DNA of 64,000 nt from Candidatus Eiseniibacteriota bacterium (GTDB taxonomy: Bacteria; Eisenbacteria; RBG-16-71-46): NCBI GenBank assembly GCA_963707915.1, contig OY970178.1, positions 2,784,001 to 2,848,000 of the forward strand, in the 5' to 3' direction. The translations under genes and the position numbers were made by a program. Below are positions 31,332-39,657 of the stretch, in pieces (the stretch's first letter is position 1; every line of letters begins with the position of its first letter). The notes under the pieces are model-generated. The model worked only from the letters and a program-made list of their open reading frames with translations. It was not told where the DNA came from and made no database searches.

Positions 31332-31360
31332 AACTTAGGGTCGCCGGGGCGGGAAGTCAA
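31332..31360 (-). promoter_or_regulatory. sigma70 promoter for tRNA-tilS-hpt-ftsH
   Basis: TTGACT-17 bp-TAAGTT on the minus strand. Confidence 0.6.
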
Positions 31361-31428
31361 GGCCGGCCGCCGCACTGCAAGCCGTGCAGCCACTTCCGGT
31401 TCGACGCCGGCCGCCCACCCGGCTTGCC

Positions 31429-32109
31429 CTACCCGCAGTGCCCCCTCGGCCCCTGCTCGAGCAGCCAGCGCCACACCGCGCGCATCGCCAGCAGGTCCTC
31501 CGTGCTGGAGTCCGCGATCTCCCGCAGCAGGCGTGCTCGCCCGGACGGGTCGGAGTCCGCGGCCGCGGCCGGGCTTCGCCAGCGGAATCCCGCGAGTTCG
31601 GCCACCCGGCGGACCGAGCACGCGTCCGGCGGCAGTCGCAGGGCGCGAAGCACGCCCCGGGAGAGCAGTTCGAAGAGCGCCTCCTCCAGGCGGGCGGGGA
31701 ATCCCGGCGGAGCGCCGTAGGTGTCGGCGCACGCGCGGATCGCGGCCCGCTCGCGGGCCGAGTAGTGCACCCAGCGCGCATCCGGACGGCGCTCGAGGAT
31801 CCGGCTCGCGCGCGCGACGAAGCGCTCCCAGGCGCGCTGCCCGTCGCGGTCGTCGAAGCCGGCCGCGATGGTCTCGGGCCTCGGTTCGCTGCGGCCGTCG
31901 TCCAGCGCGAGCCCCCAGAGCCGGATCGAACGGCCCGCCGGTCCGTCCCCGGAGCGCTCCCCGATCGCGAGCCACACCACCGGCCAGGGTGGCAGCTGCG
32001 CAGGCGCCAGCCAGGCCGGTCCCGAAGGGCGCCCCGCCGGGGAAGGGGGGCGCACGTCGTCGTCGAATCGCTCGCTCGTGGTCGATCCTCCGGCGCCGGT
32101 TCGCGCCAT
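31429..32109 (-). CDS. Stand-alone degenerate RNase H-like domain resembling the C-terminal domain of TM0106-family proteins
   Basis: WVHYSARE, LFELL..., SVRRVAELAGFRWR, EDLLAMRAVWRWL; expected acidic catalytic residues are mostly absent. Confidence 0.6.
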   Translation of the reverse strand: MARTGAGGSTTSERFDDDVRPPSPAGRPSGPAWLAPAQLPPWPVVWLAIGERSGDGPAGRSIRLWGLALDDGRSEPRPETIAAGFDDRDGQRAWERFVARASRILERRPDARWVHYSARERAAIRACADTYGAPPGFPARLEEALFELLSRGVLRALRLPPDACSVRRVAELAGFRWRSPAAAADSDPSGRARLLREIADSSTEDLLAMRAVWRWLLEQGPRGHCG

Positions 32110-32319
32110 GGCTCGCTCGTTCGTCGGTCCGCCCGGGAACCCCGGTCCGGGGGCATACTACCGCGGCTCGTAACCTCGTCGCCGGCCCGACGGATCCCCC
32201 AGTCCGTGACGGGAACCCGCCGCAGGTGGTTGAGGGGCCGCCTCGGTGGAAGGGCCGGTCCGACGAGGACCGCCGCACCGTCGTCGGATGCGCTATCGTA
32301 CGCGCGAGGAGGTGTGACC

Positions 32320-33123
32320 GTGAGGATCCCCCGTCCGCTGTTCGGCCTCGTGCTCGCGCTGTCGCTCCCGGCGCTGGTGCCTCCGGCTGCCGGGGCTGCG
32401 CGCCGGCCCGCCCGGGTCGTGCGCGACACGGCGATGGTGACCATCCCCGCCGGCGGGTTCGTGATGGGCGTCGAGGGGAGCGGCGACAACAGTCCGAGGC
32501 ACGACGTGCGCATCCGCGCCTTCGCCATCGACCGCTACGAGGTGACGAACGCCGAGTACGAGGCGTTCTGCCGGGCCACCTCCCGCAAGCTGCCGTTCTT
32601 CTGGGGGCTCGACCGCTTCCGCTCGGGCGCGAAGTACCCCGATCACCCGGTGGTCGGCGTGAGTTCGGGCGATGCGCGGGAATACGCGAAGTGGCGCGGG
32701 AAGCGGCTCCCCACCGAGGCCGAATGGGAGTACGCCGCGCGCGGCGGGCTCGCGGGCGCGAGATACGTGGACGGCAACACGCTGGACTCCTCGAAGACGA
32801 ACTTCACGCGCTCGAACCAGGACGGTCCGGTCGCGGTCGGCTCCTACGCCCCCAACGGCTACGGTCTCCACGACATGGCGGGCAACGTCCAGGAGTGGGT
32901 GGCCGACCGGTACGGCGTCGAGTACTACGCCGCCAGCCCGGTGGAGGATCCACGGGGGCCGGAGAAGGGCAGGTTCCGCGTGGTCCGCGGCGGCGGCTGG
33001 TACACCGGGCCGATGTGCATGGACGTGGCCCTGCGCTACGCCCTGCCCGCGAACTGGGTGGACTTCAACGTCGGCTTCCGCTGCGCGCGGGACCTGGAAC
33101 CGGGCACGGCGCGGAAGGAATAG
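32320..33123 (+). CDS. Formylglycine-generating enzyme (SUMF1/FGE-sulfatase) family protein, exported
   Basis: SD AGGAGG then GTG; signal peptide; FVMG, YEVTNAEY, HPVVGVS, RLPTEAEWEYAARGG, PNGYGLHDMAGNVQEW, RGGGW, GFRC. Confidence 0.9.
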   Translation: MRIPRPLFGLVLALSLPALVPPAAGAARRPARVVRDTAMVTIPAGGFVMGVEGSGDNSPRHDVRIRAFAIDRYEVTNAEYEAFCRATSRKLPFFWGLDRFRSGAKYPDHPVVGVSSGDAREYAKWRGKRLPTEAEWEYAARGGLAGARYVDGNTLDSSKTNFTRSNQDGPVAVGSYAPNGYGLHDMAGNVQEWVADRYGVEYYAASPVEDPRGPEKGRFRVVRGGGWYTGPMCMDVALRYALPANWVDFNVGFRCARDLEPGTARKE

Positions 33124-33136
33124 GACCGGCCTCGTC

Positions 33137-33952
33137 TCAGTCGGCCGCCACCGGCGCGCCGCCCTCCGCCACGGGCGCGGGCGGCGGCACCTCCTCCTCG
33201 GGCCGGAGGTGGAAGATGCGCGAGAGCTCGCTGCGCAGCTCGCCGCTGTCGAGGCGCTGCCGGAGCGTCCCGCGGTACGCGATGGAGATGCCGCCGCTCT
33301 CCTCGCTCACCACCACGATCGCGGCATCGGACTCCTCGGACAGGCCGAGCGCGGCGCGATGCCGGGTGCCGAGATCGGCGTCCGTCTTGGGGTTCGACGA
33401 GAGCGGCAGGATGCAGGAGGCCGCCACCACCGAGTCCTCGCGCAGGATGACCGCGCCGTCGTGCAGCGGCGAGCCCGGCGCGAACAGCGTCACCAGCAAC
33501 TCGGCGGTGACCTTCGCGTCCAGGCGGGTGCCGGTCTCGACGAAGTTCCTCAGGCCGGTGTTGCGCTCGACGACCAGCAGCGCGCCGTGCCGCTTCTTGC
33601 CCAGCGTCTCGGCCGCGCGCACCACCTCGCCCAGCACGCCGAAGGAGTCGCCGCGCAGGAACGAGCGGAAGTAGCGCGTGCGCCCGAACTGGGCGAGCAC
33701 GTGCCGCAGCTCGGGCTGGAACAGGATGACGAAGGCGATGAGCCAGATGGTCTTGACGCTGTCCACGATCCACTTGACCGCGATCAGGTCGAAGGCGCGC
33801 GCGAACAGTCCCACCAGCACGATGATCAGCAGTCCGACGTACATCTGTCCCGAGCGCGTGCCCTTCACCAGCACGAGGAGCCGGTAGAAGAGCAGCGCGA
33901 CGAGGAAGATGTCGAGCAGGTCGAGCAGCCAGATCTGGTGGACGGGCGTCAT
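33137..33952 (-). CDS. cdaA: Diadenylate cyclase CdaA
   Basis: Three N-terminal TMs, ILFQPELR, PLHDGAV, GTRHRAALGLSE, VVSEE. Confidence 0.93.
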   Translation of the reverse strand: MTPVHQIWLLDLLDIFLVALLFYRLLVLVKGTRSGQMYVGLLIIVLVGLFARAFDLIAVKWIVDSVKTIWLIAFVILFQPELRHVLAQFGRTRYFRSFLRGDSFGVLGEVVRAAETLGKKRHGALLVVERNTGLRNFVETGTRLDAKVTAELLVTLFAPGSPLHDGAVILREDSVVAASCILPLSSNPKTDADLGTRHRAALGLSEESDAAIVVVSEESGGISIAYRGTLRQRLDSGELRSELSRIFHLRPEEEVPPPAPVAEGGAPVAAD

Positions 33953-34011
33953 GGTCGGTCCCCGCGGTGGAGCGTTCCGGCGGCGAGAGTAGCAGATGCG
34001 CGCGGACCCGC

Positions 34012-34872
34012 CTACGGCCGCCGGGCCTCGCGCAACGCCTCGGCGATGCGTGCGGCCCGCACCGTGGCCGCCACGTCGTGGGTGCGCAGGATGCTCGCCC
34101 CGAGGAACACGGCGACCGCGCCGGCTGCGAGCCCGCCCTCGAGCCGCTGGTCCACCGGCAGGTCGAGGGCCCGGCCGATGAAGCTCTTGCGGGAGACCCC
34201 GACCAGCAGGGGGCGGCCGAGGGGCTTCAGCTCGTCGAGCCGGGCGAGCAACTCGAAGTTGTGACGCACGGTCTTGCCGAATCCGATGCCGGGGTCCAGC
34301 GCGATGCACGCGGGGGACACCCCGGCCGCACGCGCCGCCGCGAGCCGGTCGGCCAGGTGCCCGCGCACCTCGCGCGCCACGTCCTCGTAGTGCGGGTCCC
34401 GCTGCATGGTGGCGGGCGTGCCGGCCATGTGCATCAGGACCAGGCCGGCCCCGCGGCGGGCGACGACCGCGGCCATGCCGGGATCGGCGAGCGCCGTCAC
34501 GTCGTTCACGACCCGGGCGCCCAGCTCGAGCGCGCGGTCGGCGACCTCGGCGTTCGCGGTGTCCACCGACAGGCAGGCGCTGGGTTCGTCGGCGAGGGCC
34601 TCGATCACCGGCGCCAGGCGCCGGAGCTGTTCGGCCGCGCTCACCGGCCCGGCCCCCGGCCGGGTGCTCTCGGCTCCCACGTCGACCAGGTCGGCGCCCT
34701 CCGCCAGCAGCCCGCGCGCGTGGGCGATGGCGGCCCCGGGGGAGAGGGTGCGTCCCCCGTCCGAGAACGAATCGGGCGTCACGTTGACCACGCCCATGAC
34801 CAGCACGCGCGCGGACAGGTCGAAGACCCGGTCGCGGCAGCGCCAGGCCAGCCCTCGCTCCTCCGCCGACAT
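34012..34872 (-). CDS. folP: Dihydropteroate synthase
   Basis: MGVVNVTPDSFSDGG, DVGAESTRPGA, SVDT, VND, LMHM, DPGIGFGK, GVSRKSF, LRTHDV. Confidence 0.95.
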   Translation of the reverse strand: MSAEERGLAWRCRDRVFDLSARVLVMGVVNVTPDSFSDGGRTLSPGAAIAHARGLLAEGADLVDVGAESTRPGAGPVSAAEQLRRLAPVIEALADEPSACLSVDTANAEVADRALELGARVVNDVTALADPGMAAVVARRGAGLVLMHMAGTPATMQRDPHYEDVAREVRGHLADRLAAARAAGVSPACIALDPGIGFGKTVRHNFELLARLDELKPLGRPLLVGVSRKSFIGRALDLPVDQRLEGGLAAGAVAVFLGASILRTHDVAATVRAARIAEALREARRP

Positions 34873-35038
34873 CCCTTCCCTCCTTGTCGGGGCCGGGGCC
34901 GGCCCCCGGCCTCCTCCGAGCCGCCGGTCCCCACCCGCGTTGACCTGTGGGGGGCCGGATGGTAGCACTTACCGGACTCTGTCCGGGCGTATTCGACCCG
35001 GACTGATGCCGTCCATCCCTTCGAGGAGGTCGTACCTC

Positions 35039-36520
35039 ATGAGTGGGTCCCAGCGCGCGCTCCTTGTCCTCGTCCTTGCGGCCCTTGGTGCCGCCCCGGC
35101 CGCCGCCCAGATCACCGGGCACCCCTACGAGTTCTCGGGTGGGGCGGGCTATTTCAACTACGACGTGCGTGCCCAACTGAAGGACAACCCGGCCTACACC
35201 GGCTCGCTCGGCTGGCGGCTCATGCCGTGGATGTCGCTCGAGGGGCAGGCGACCTTCGGTCCCACCAAGCTGGACCGGGTCCCGCAGGACGTCGCGCAGA
35301 ACTTCACCTACGCGGGCCTCGACGCCCGCTGGAACCTGCGCCCGGCGGACGGGCACATCGTGCCGTTCCTCCTGACCGGGATGGGCTACGGCATGAGCCA
35401 CAACGGCAACGCGGCGCCGCAGAAGCTCGAGCGCGGCGCCGGCAACGTGGGCCTGGGCGCCTTGTGGACGCTGGGCGCCTCGCAGCGCACCTACCTGCGC
35501 CTGCAGGTGCGCGACTTCTTCTTCCGCGAGCGCGGGGCCGAGGAGTTCTCGAACCACTTCGCCGCGACCCTGGGCCTCACCTACGTGTGGCGCGGCAAGG
35601 AACGCGACCAGGACCTGGACGGCGTGCGCGACTGGCTCGACAAGTGCCCGAACACGCCGATCGGCGCCAAGGTGGACAAGAACGGCTGCCCGCTGGACGG
35701 TGACGGCGACGGGGTCTTCGACGGCCTGGACAAGTGCCCGGACACGCCCAGGGGCTGCAAGGTGGACAAGACCGGCTGCTCGATCGACTCCGACGGCGAC
35801 GGGGTCTGCGACGGCGTCGACCAGTGCCCCGACACGCCGAAGGGCGCGACGGTGGACGCGAAGGGCTGCCCGAGCGATTCCGACGGCGACGGCGTGCTGG
35901 ACGGCATCGACCAGTGCCCCAACACGCCCAAGGGCTGCACGGTGGACGCGAAGGGCTGCCCGAGCGACGCCGACGGCGACGGCGTCTGCGACGGCGTCGA
36001 CCAGTGTCCGGACACGCCGGCCGGCCTCAAGGTGGACGAGAAGGGCTGCCCGATCGAGGTGATCGAGCGTGAGACCGAGCTGATGGACACCGGCAAGATC
36101 CGGCTCCAGAACGTGAACTTCGAGACCGGCAAGGCCGAGTTGAAGCCCGAGTCCTTCCCCACGCTCGACGCGGTGGGCACCGTGCTCTCGCAGTGGCCGC
36201 AGCTGAAGATCGAGATCGCGGGCCACACGGACGACGTGGGGGGCGCTGCGGTGAACCGGCGGCTGTCGCAGGCGCGGGCCGCTTCGGTGCTGTCGTACCT
36301 CAACGCGAAGTACCCGGCGATCGACGGCACGCGGTTCACCGTGAAGGGCTACGGCAAGGACCGGCCGCTGGTGCCGAACACCAGCGACGAGACCCGGGCG
36401 ATGAACCGCCGGGTCGAGTTCACCGTGCTCAACAAGGAAGTGCTCAAGAAGGAGATCGAGCGCCGGCGGCTGCTGAAGCAGGGCGAGGCCGCGCCGGTGG
36501 ACTCGACCGTCACGCCGTAG
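35039..36520 (+). CDS. OmpA-family protein: N-terminal beta-barrel, thrombospondin type-3 repeats, OmpA C-terminal domain
   Basis: SD GAGGAGG; signal peptide; five D.DGDGV.D..D.CP.TP.G..VD..GC repeats; VNFETGKA, AGHTD, LSQARA, GYG, NRRVEF. Confidence 0.92.
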   Translation: MSGSQRALLVLVLAALGAAPAAAQITGHPYEFSGGAGYFNYDVRAQLKDNPAYTGSLGWRLMPWMSLEGQATFGPTKLDRVPQDVAQNFTYAGLDARWNLRPADGHIVPFLLTGMGYGMSHNGNAAPQKLERGAGNVGLGALWTLGASQRTYLRLQVRDFFFRERGAEEFSNHFAATLGLTYVWRGKERDQDLDGVRDWLDKCPNTPIGAKVDKNGCPLDGDGDGVFDGLDKCPDTPRGCKVDKTGCSIDSDGDGVCDGVDQCPDTPKGATVDAKGCPSDSDGDGVLDGIDQCPNTPKGCTVDAKGCPSDADGDGVCDGVDQCPDTPAGLKVDEKGCPIEVIERETELMDTGKIRLQNVNFETGKAELKPESFPTLDAVGTVLSQWPQLKIEIAGHTDDVGGAAVNRRLSQARAASVLSYLNAKYPAIDGTRFTVKGYGKDRPLVPNTSDETRAMNRRVEFTVLNKEVLKKEIERRRLLKQGEAAPVDSTVTP

Positions 36521-36599
36521 GAGCCCGGAGGCCGCATCCCGGGAGGACCGGAACGGGGCGTCGGCGCCTGCCGCGGGCAGGTGCCGGCGCCCCGTCCGT

Positions 36600-37907
36600 T
36601 CAGGTCTTCTGCTTCTTCTTCTCCGCCGCGGGGAACAGCACGTTGTTGAGGATGAGCCGGTACCCCGGCGAGTGCTTGACCTTCGACAGGTCGGTCGCCG
36701 GGTCGCCCACCCGGTGCTGGAAGTCCTCCGGGTCGTGGCCGCCGAGGAAGGTGAACGTGCCGCGGCCGAACTGCCCGTGCAGGTACTTCACCTCGTCCGC
36801 GCCCTCGACCTCGCCCAGCACCAGCACGCCGCTCTTGATGAACCGCCGGTGGAAGCCGGTGGTCTGCCCGAGGAAGTCGAGCACGGCGTTGGCGTGGTCC
36901 TGCACCAGCATCGTGGGCACGGGGTCGTTCTTGGCCGAGAAGTCGAACAGCGTGAAGAAGGCGCCGGGCCCGCGGGTGTCGGCCTCCAGCGTCACGTCGA
37001 TGTCCGAGAAGCGGTAGAGATACGGGTCCAGGTCCAGGTGGAAGTCCCGGAAGGCGAGCGTCTGCGTGAAGTCGAGCCTGGCCTGCGCCTGCGGATCGGG
37101 CGGGTCGCCGTCGTAGACCACGTCGGCGATGTCCACGCCGGCGGCGGCCAGCGCGATGTCGTACGTGTCGGTGGCCGAGCACATGCCGAACATGAACCCG
37201 CCGCGCCCGATGAAGTCCTTGACGGTGCGGGCCACGGCCGCCTTGAGCTGGGTCACCTTCGCGAAGCCCATCTTCGCCGCCATCGCCTTCTGCACCCGCT
37301 CCTCCTCCTGGTACCAGGGGAAGGTGTGGTAGGCCGCGTAGAACTTGCCGTGCTGCCCGGTGAAATCCTCGTGGTGCAGGTGGAGCCAGTCGAACCGGGC
37401 GAGCCCGCCGCGCAGCACCTCCTCGTCCCACACGCGGGTGTAGGGGATCTCGGCGTAGTCCAGGGCGAGGGTCACCGCGTCGTCCCAGGGCTGCGTGTTG
37501 GGAGGGATGTACACGGCGATCCTCGGCGGCTTCTCCAGCCCGACCGCCTCCATGTTGTTGTCGGCGATCTCGGCGCGCATGTCCGCTTCCGCGGCCCCGC
37601 CCATGGGCTCGAGCGAGACGCCGCGCACATTGGCCTCCCGCTCGATGGCCGGATCGTCGGGCAGCAGGAACGAGCCGGCCCGGTAGTTGAGCAGCCACTC
37701 GGCCTTCTCGCCCTGCTGGAGCACCCAGTAGGTCAGGCCGTAGGCCTTGAGGTGGTCGGTCTGCCGGTCGTCCATCGGCACGAGCCACTTCGCCTGCGCC
37801 GTCGCGGCGGCGAGCACCAGCGCGACGAGCGCGGCGGCGAGCCCGCGCCCGGCCGACGCACCCGCGCCCGGCGCCCGTCGTCCCCCGTCCCGGATCCCTC
37901 GCGTCAT
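36600..37907 (-). CDS. Conserved exported protein of the family often auto-labelled asparagine synthetase B; function unknown
   Basis: PMD..Q.DHLKAYGLTYW, WLLNYRAGSF, QPWDDAVTLAL.YAEIPY, DWLHLHHEDFTGQ.GKF, MCSATDT, GHDPED, SPGYRLILNN. Confidence 0.8.
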   Translation of the reverse strand: MTRGIRDGGRRAPGAGASAGRGLAAALVALVLAAATAQAKWLVPMDDRQTDHLKAYGLTYWVLQQGEKAEWLLNYRAGSFLLPDDPAIEREANVRGVSLEPMGGAAEADMRAEIADNNMEAVGLEKPPRIAVYIPPNTQPWDDAVTLALDYAEIPYTRVWDEEVLRGGLARFDWLHLHHEDFTGQHGKFYAAYHTFPWYQEEERVQKAMAAKMGFAKVTQLKAAVARTVKDFIGRGGFMFGMCSATDTYDIALAAAGVDIADVVYDGDPPDPQAQARLDFTQTLAFRDFHLDLDPYLYRFSDIDVTLEADTRGPGAFFTLFDFSAKNDPVPTMLVQDHANAVLDFLGQTTGFHRRFIKSGVLVLGEVEGADEVKYLHGQFGRGTFTFLGGHDPEDFQHRVGDPATDLSKVKHSPGYRLILNNVLFPAAEKKKQKT

Positions 37908-37917
37908 CTCGTCCTCC

Positions 37918-39657
37918 TCACAGGGCCGGGCGGCCGCGGCGGAGCCGCTCGGCCACGCGCCTCACCTCGGGGGCGTTCCAGGCACGCGGGTAGCGCGCGA
38001 GGCACTCCTCGTACTGGACCAGCGCGGCGCGCTCGTCCCCGAGCCGGGAGCGATACAGGTCGCCCGCGCGCTGGCGCGCGAGCGGCGCGAGCCGGTCGTC
38101 GGGCAGCGAGTCCGCCACCGCCAGCAGCGGGCCCAGCGCCGCGCGCGCGTCGCCTGCGGCCTCGAGCTGGGAGGCGAGCAGGAGCGAGGCCTGTGCCCAG
38201 AGCGCCCCGCGCGGCATCGACCGCACCAGCGAGTCGGTCAGCGCCAGGGCGTGCCGGCGGTCGTCGCGCCACTCCTCGTAGGCGATGCGCCCGAAGACCG
38301 CGAGCGCGGCGCGCGGCTCGGCGTCCTCGATCAGGTACGTGCGCTCGAGGGCGGCGCCGCGGAACGGCGCCTGCGGGAGCGCGGCGATCCGCTGGTAGAG
38401 GCCCAGGGCCGAGTCGCTCCGGCCCGCGAAGAAGAGCGCCTCGGCGTAGTGCCACAGGCCCTCCGGCATGGTCCCGGCCAGCGCGGCGAGCCGCGGCAGC
38501 GCGCGCTCCGGCGGGCCGTCGCGCAGGTCGGCGAGGGCCTCCTCGAGGTCGAGCTGGGGCAGCGCCGCGGGCGGTGCGGCGCCCGAGCGGAGCAGCGCCC
38601 GCGCCTCGTCGGTGTGGCCGGCCTCGCGCAGCCCGCGCGCGATCGCCACCAGGAAGTCGGCGGGCCAGCGGGCCACGGGGACGCCGTGGAGCGCCCGGGC
38701 CAGCGCGGGCGCGGCCTCGTCCCCGGCGCCGCGCGCGCACTGCAGCGCCCAGGCCTCCTGCGCCGCGGTGAGGCGCCAGACCGCGTCGAAGCGGCCTCCG
38801 CCCGCGAGCGCGGTCAGCGCCGCCGCCGCCGCGCCCGAGTCGCGGGCGGCGCCGGTGGCGGTCAATTGCCGCGCGAAGCTCCAGAGGAGCGGCGGCCGCA
38901 CCGGGCCGGGCCGCTCGGCGTGCTCGAGGGTCGAGAGCGCCGTCGCGAGGTCGCCGGCGCGCCAGTCGAGCATGGCGCAGGCCCGGATCAGGTCCGTGCG
39001 GCCGGGCCGGGCGTCGGCGGCGCGGCGCATCAGTTCCCGCACGCCGCGCGCGTCCGCGGGCGCGAGGCGGACCACGGTCTCCTGGGCCCACCCGGCATCG
39101 AGCGGCGCGGCGATCCAGGACTCGAGCGCGACCGCGGCCGCGTCGCGCGGGCGGCCGAGGCGCTCCAGCGCGAGCGCGAGCTCGCGGGCCACCATCAGCG
39201 AGTCCCGCTGGGCGGAGCGTTCGGCGCGGCCCAGCCGCTCGGCGCCGGCGAAGTCGCGGCGCGCGAGCAGCAGGCGCGCCTGCTCGGTCACCACCGCGGG
39301 ATGGTGGGGGATCTCGGCCAGCAGCGGCGCCAGCGCGGCGCGGGCCTGCTCCAGGCGGCCGTTCCCGCGCAGTTCCTGCGCGTGGCGCAGGCGGGCGGCC
39401 TGGGCGCCGGAGAGCGGCGGCATGGGACGCTGGGCCACCGGCGCCAGTTCGCCCTCTTCCAGCCCCCGCGCGACGAGGAGCCCGGGGGCGACCTGCCGGA
39501 ACTCGACCGGGCGCCCCGCCGCCTCGGGGACGATCCACTCGACGCCGGCCGAGTCGACGGTCTGCGCGGTGGCGCGAGGTGCGGGAGCGGCCAGCAGCGC
39601 GACGGCGCCCGCGATCCCGGCCAGCCGCCGCAGTCGGCGTGACGCGCGCGGCCTCAC
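37918..39657 (-). CDS. Exported tetratricopeptide-repeat protein
   Basis: Signal-like N-terminus, Ala/Leu-rich helical repeats, C-terminal AGDLY...ALVQYEECLARYP; GTGA overlap with the upstream gene. Confidence 0.75.
   Translation of the reverse strand: MRPRASRRLRRLAGIAGAVALLAAPAPRATAQTVDSAGVEWIVPEAAGRPVEFRQVAPGLLVARGLEEGELAPVAQRPMPPLSGAQAARLRHAQELRGNGRLEQARAALAPLLAEIPHHPAVVTEQARLLLARRDFAGAERLGRAERSAQRDSLMVARELALALERLGRPRDAAAVALESWIAAPLDAGWAQETVVRLAPADARGVRELMRRAADARPGRTDLIRACAMLDWRAGDLATALSTLEHAERPGPVRPPLLWSFARQLTATGAARDSGAAAAALTALAGGGRFDAVWRLTAAQEAWALQCARGAGDEAAPALARALHGVPVARWPADFLVAIARGLREAGHTDEARALLRSGAAPPAALPQLDLEEALADLRDGPPERALPRLAALAGTMPEGLWHYAEALFFAGRSDSALGLYQRIAALPQAPFRGAALERTYLIEDAEPRAALAVFGRIAYEEWRDDRRHALALTDSLVRSMPRGALWAQASLLLASQLEAAGDARAALGPLLAVADSLPDDRLAPLARQRAGDLYRSRLGDERAALVQYEECLARYPRAWNAPEVRRVAERLRRGRPAL

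Noticed and set aside
31218..33123. tRNA as an integration site for an island
   Set aside because: No integrase, no duplicated tRNA 3' end seen, no obvious composition shift; tilS lies directly at the 3' side
35605..36052. Approximately 90-bp periodic DNA repeats
   Set aside because: Explained by the thrombospondin type-3 protein repeats of the OmpA protein
36600..37907. Asparagine synthetase function
   Set aside because: Has a signal peptide and lacks the N-terminal Cys amidotransferase and SGGLDS synthetase motifs
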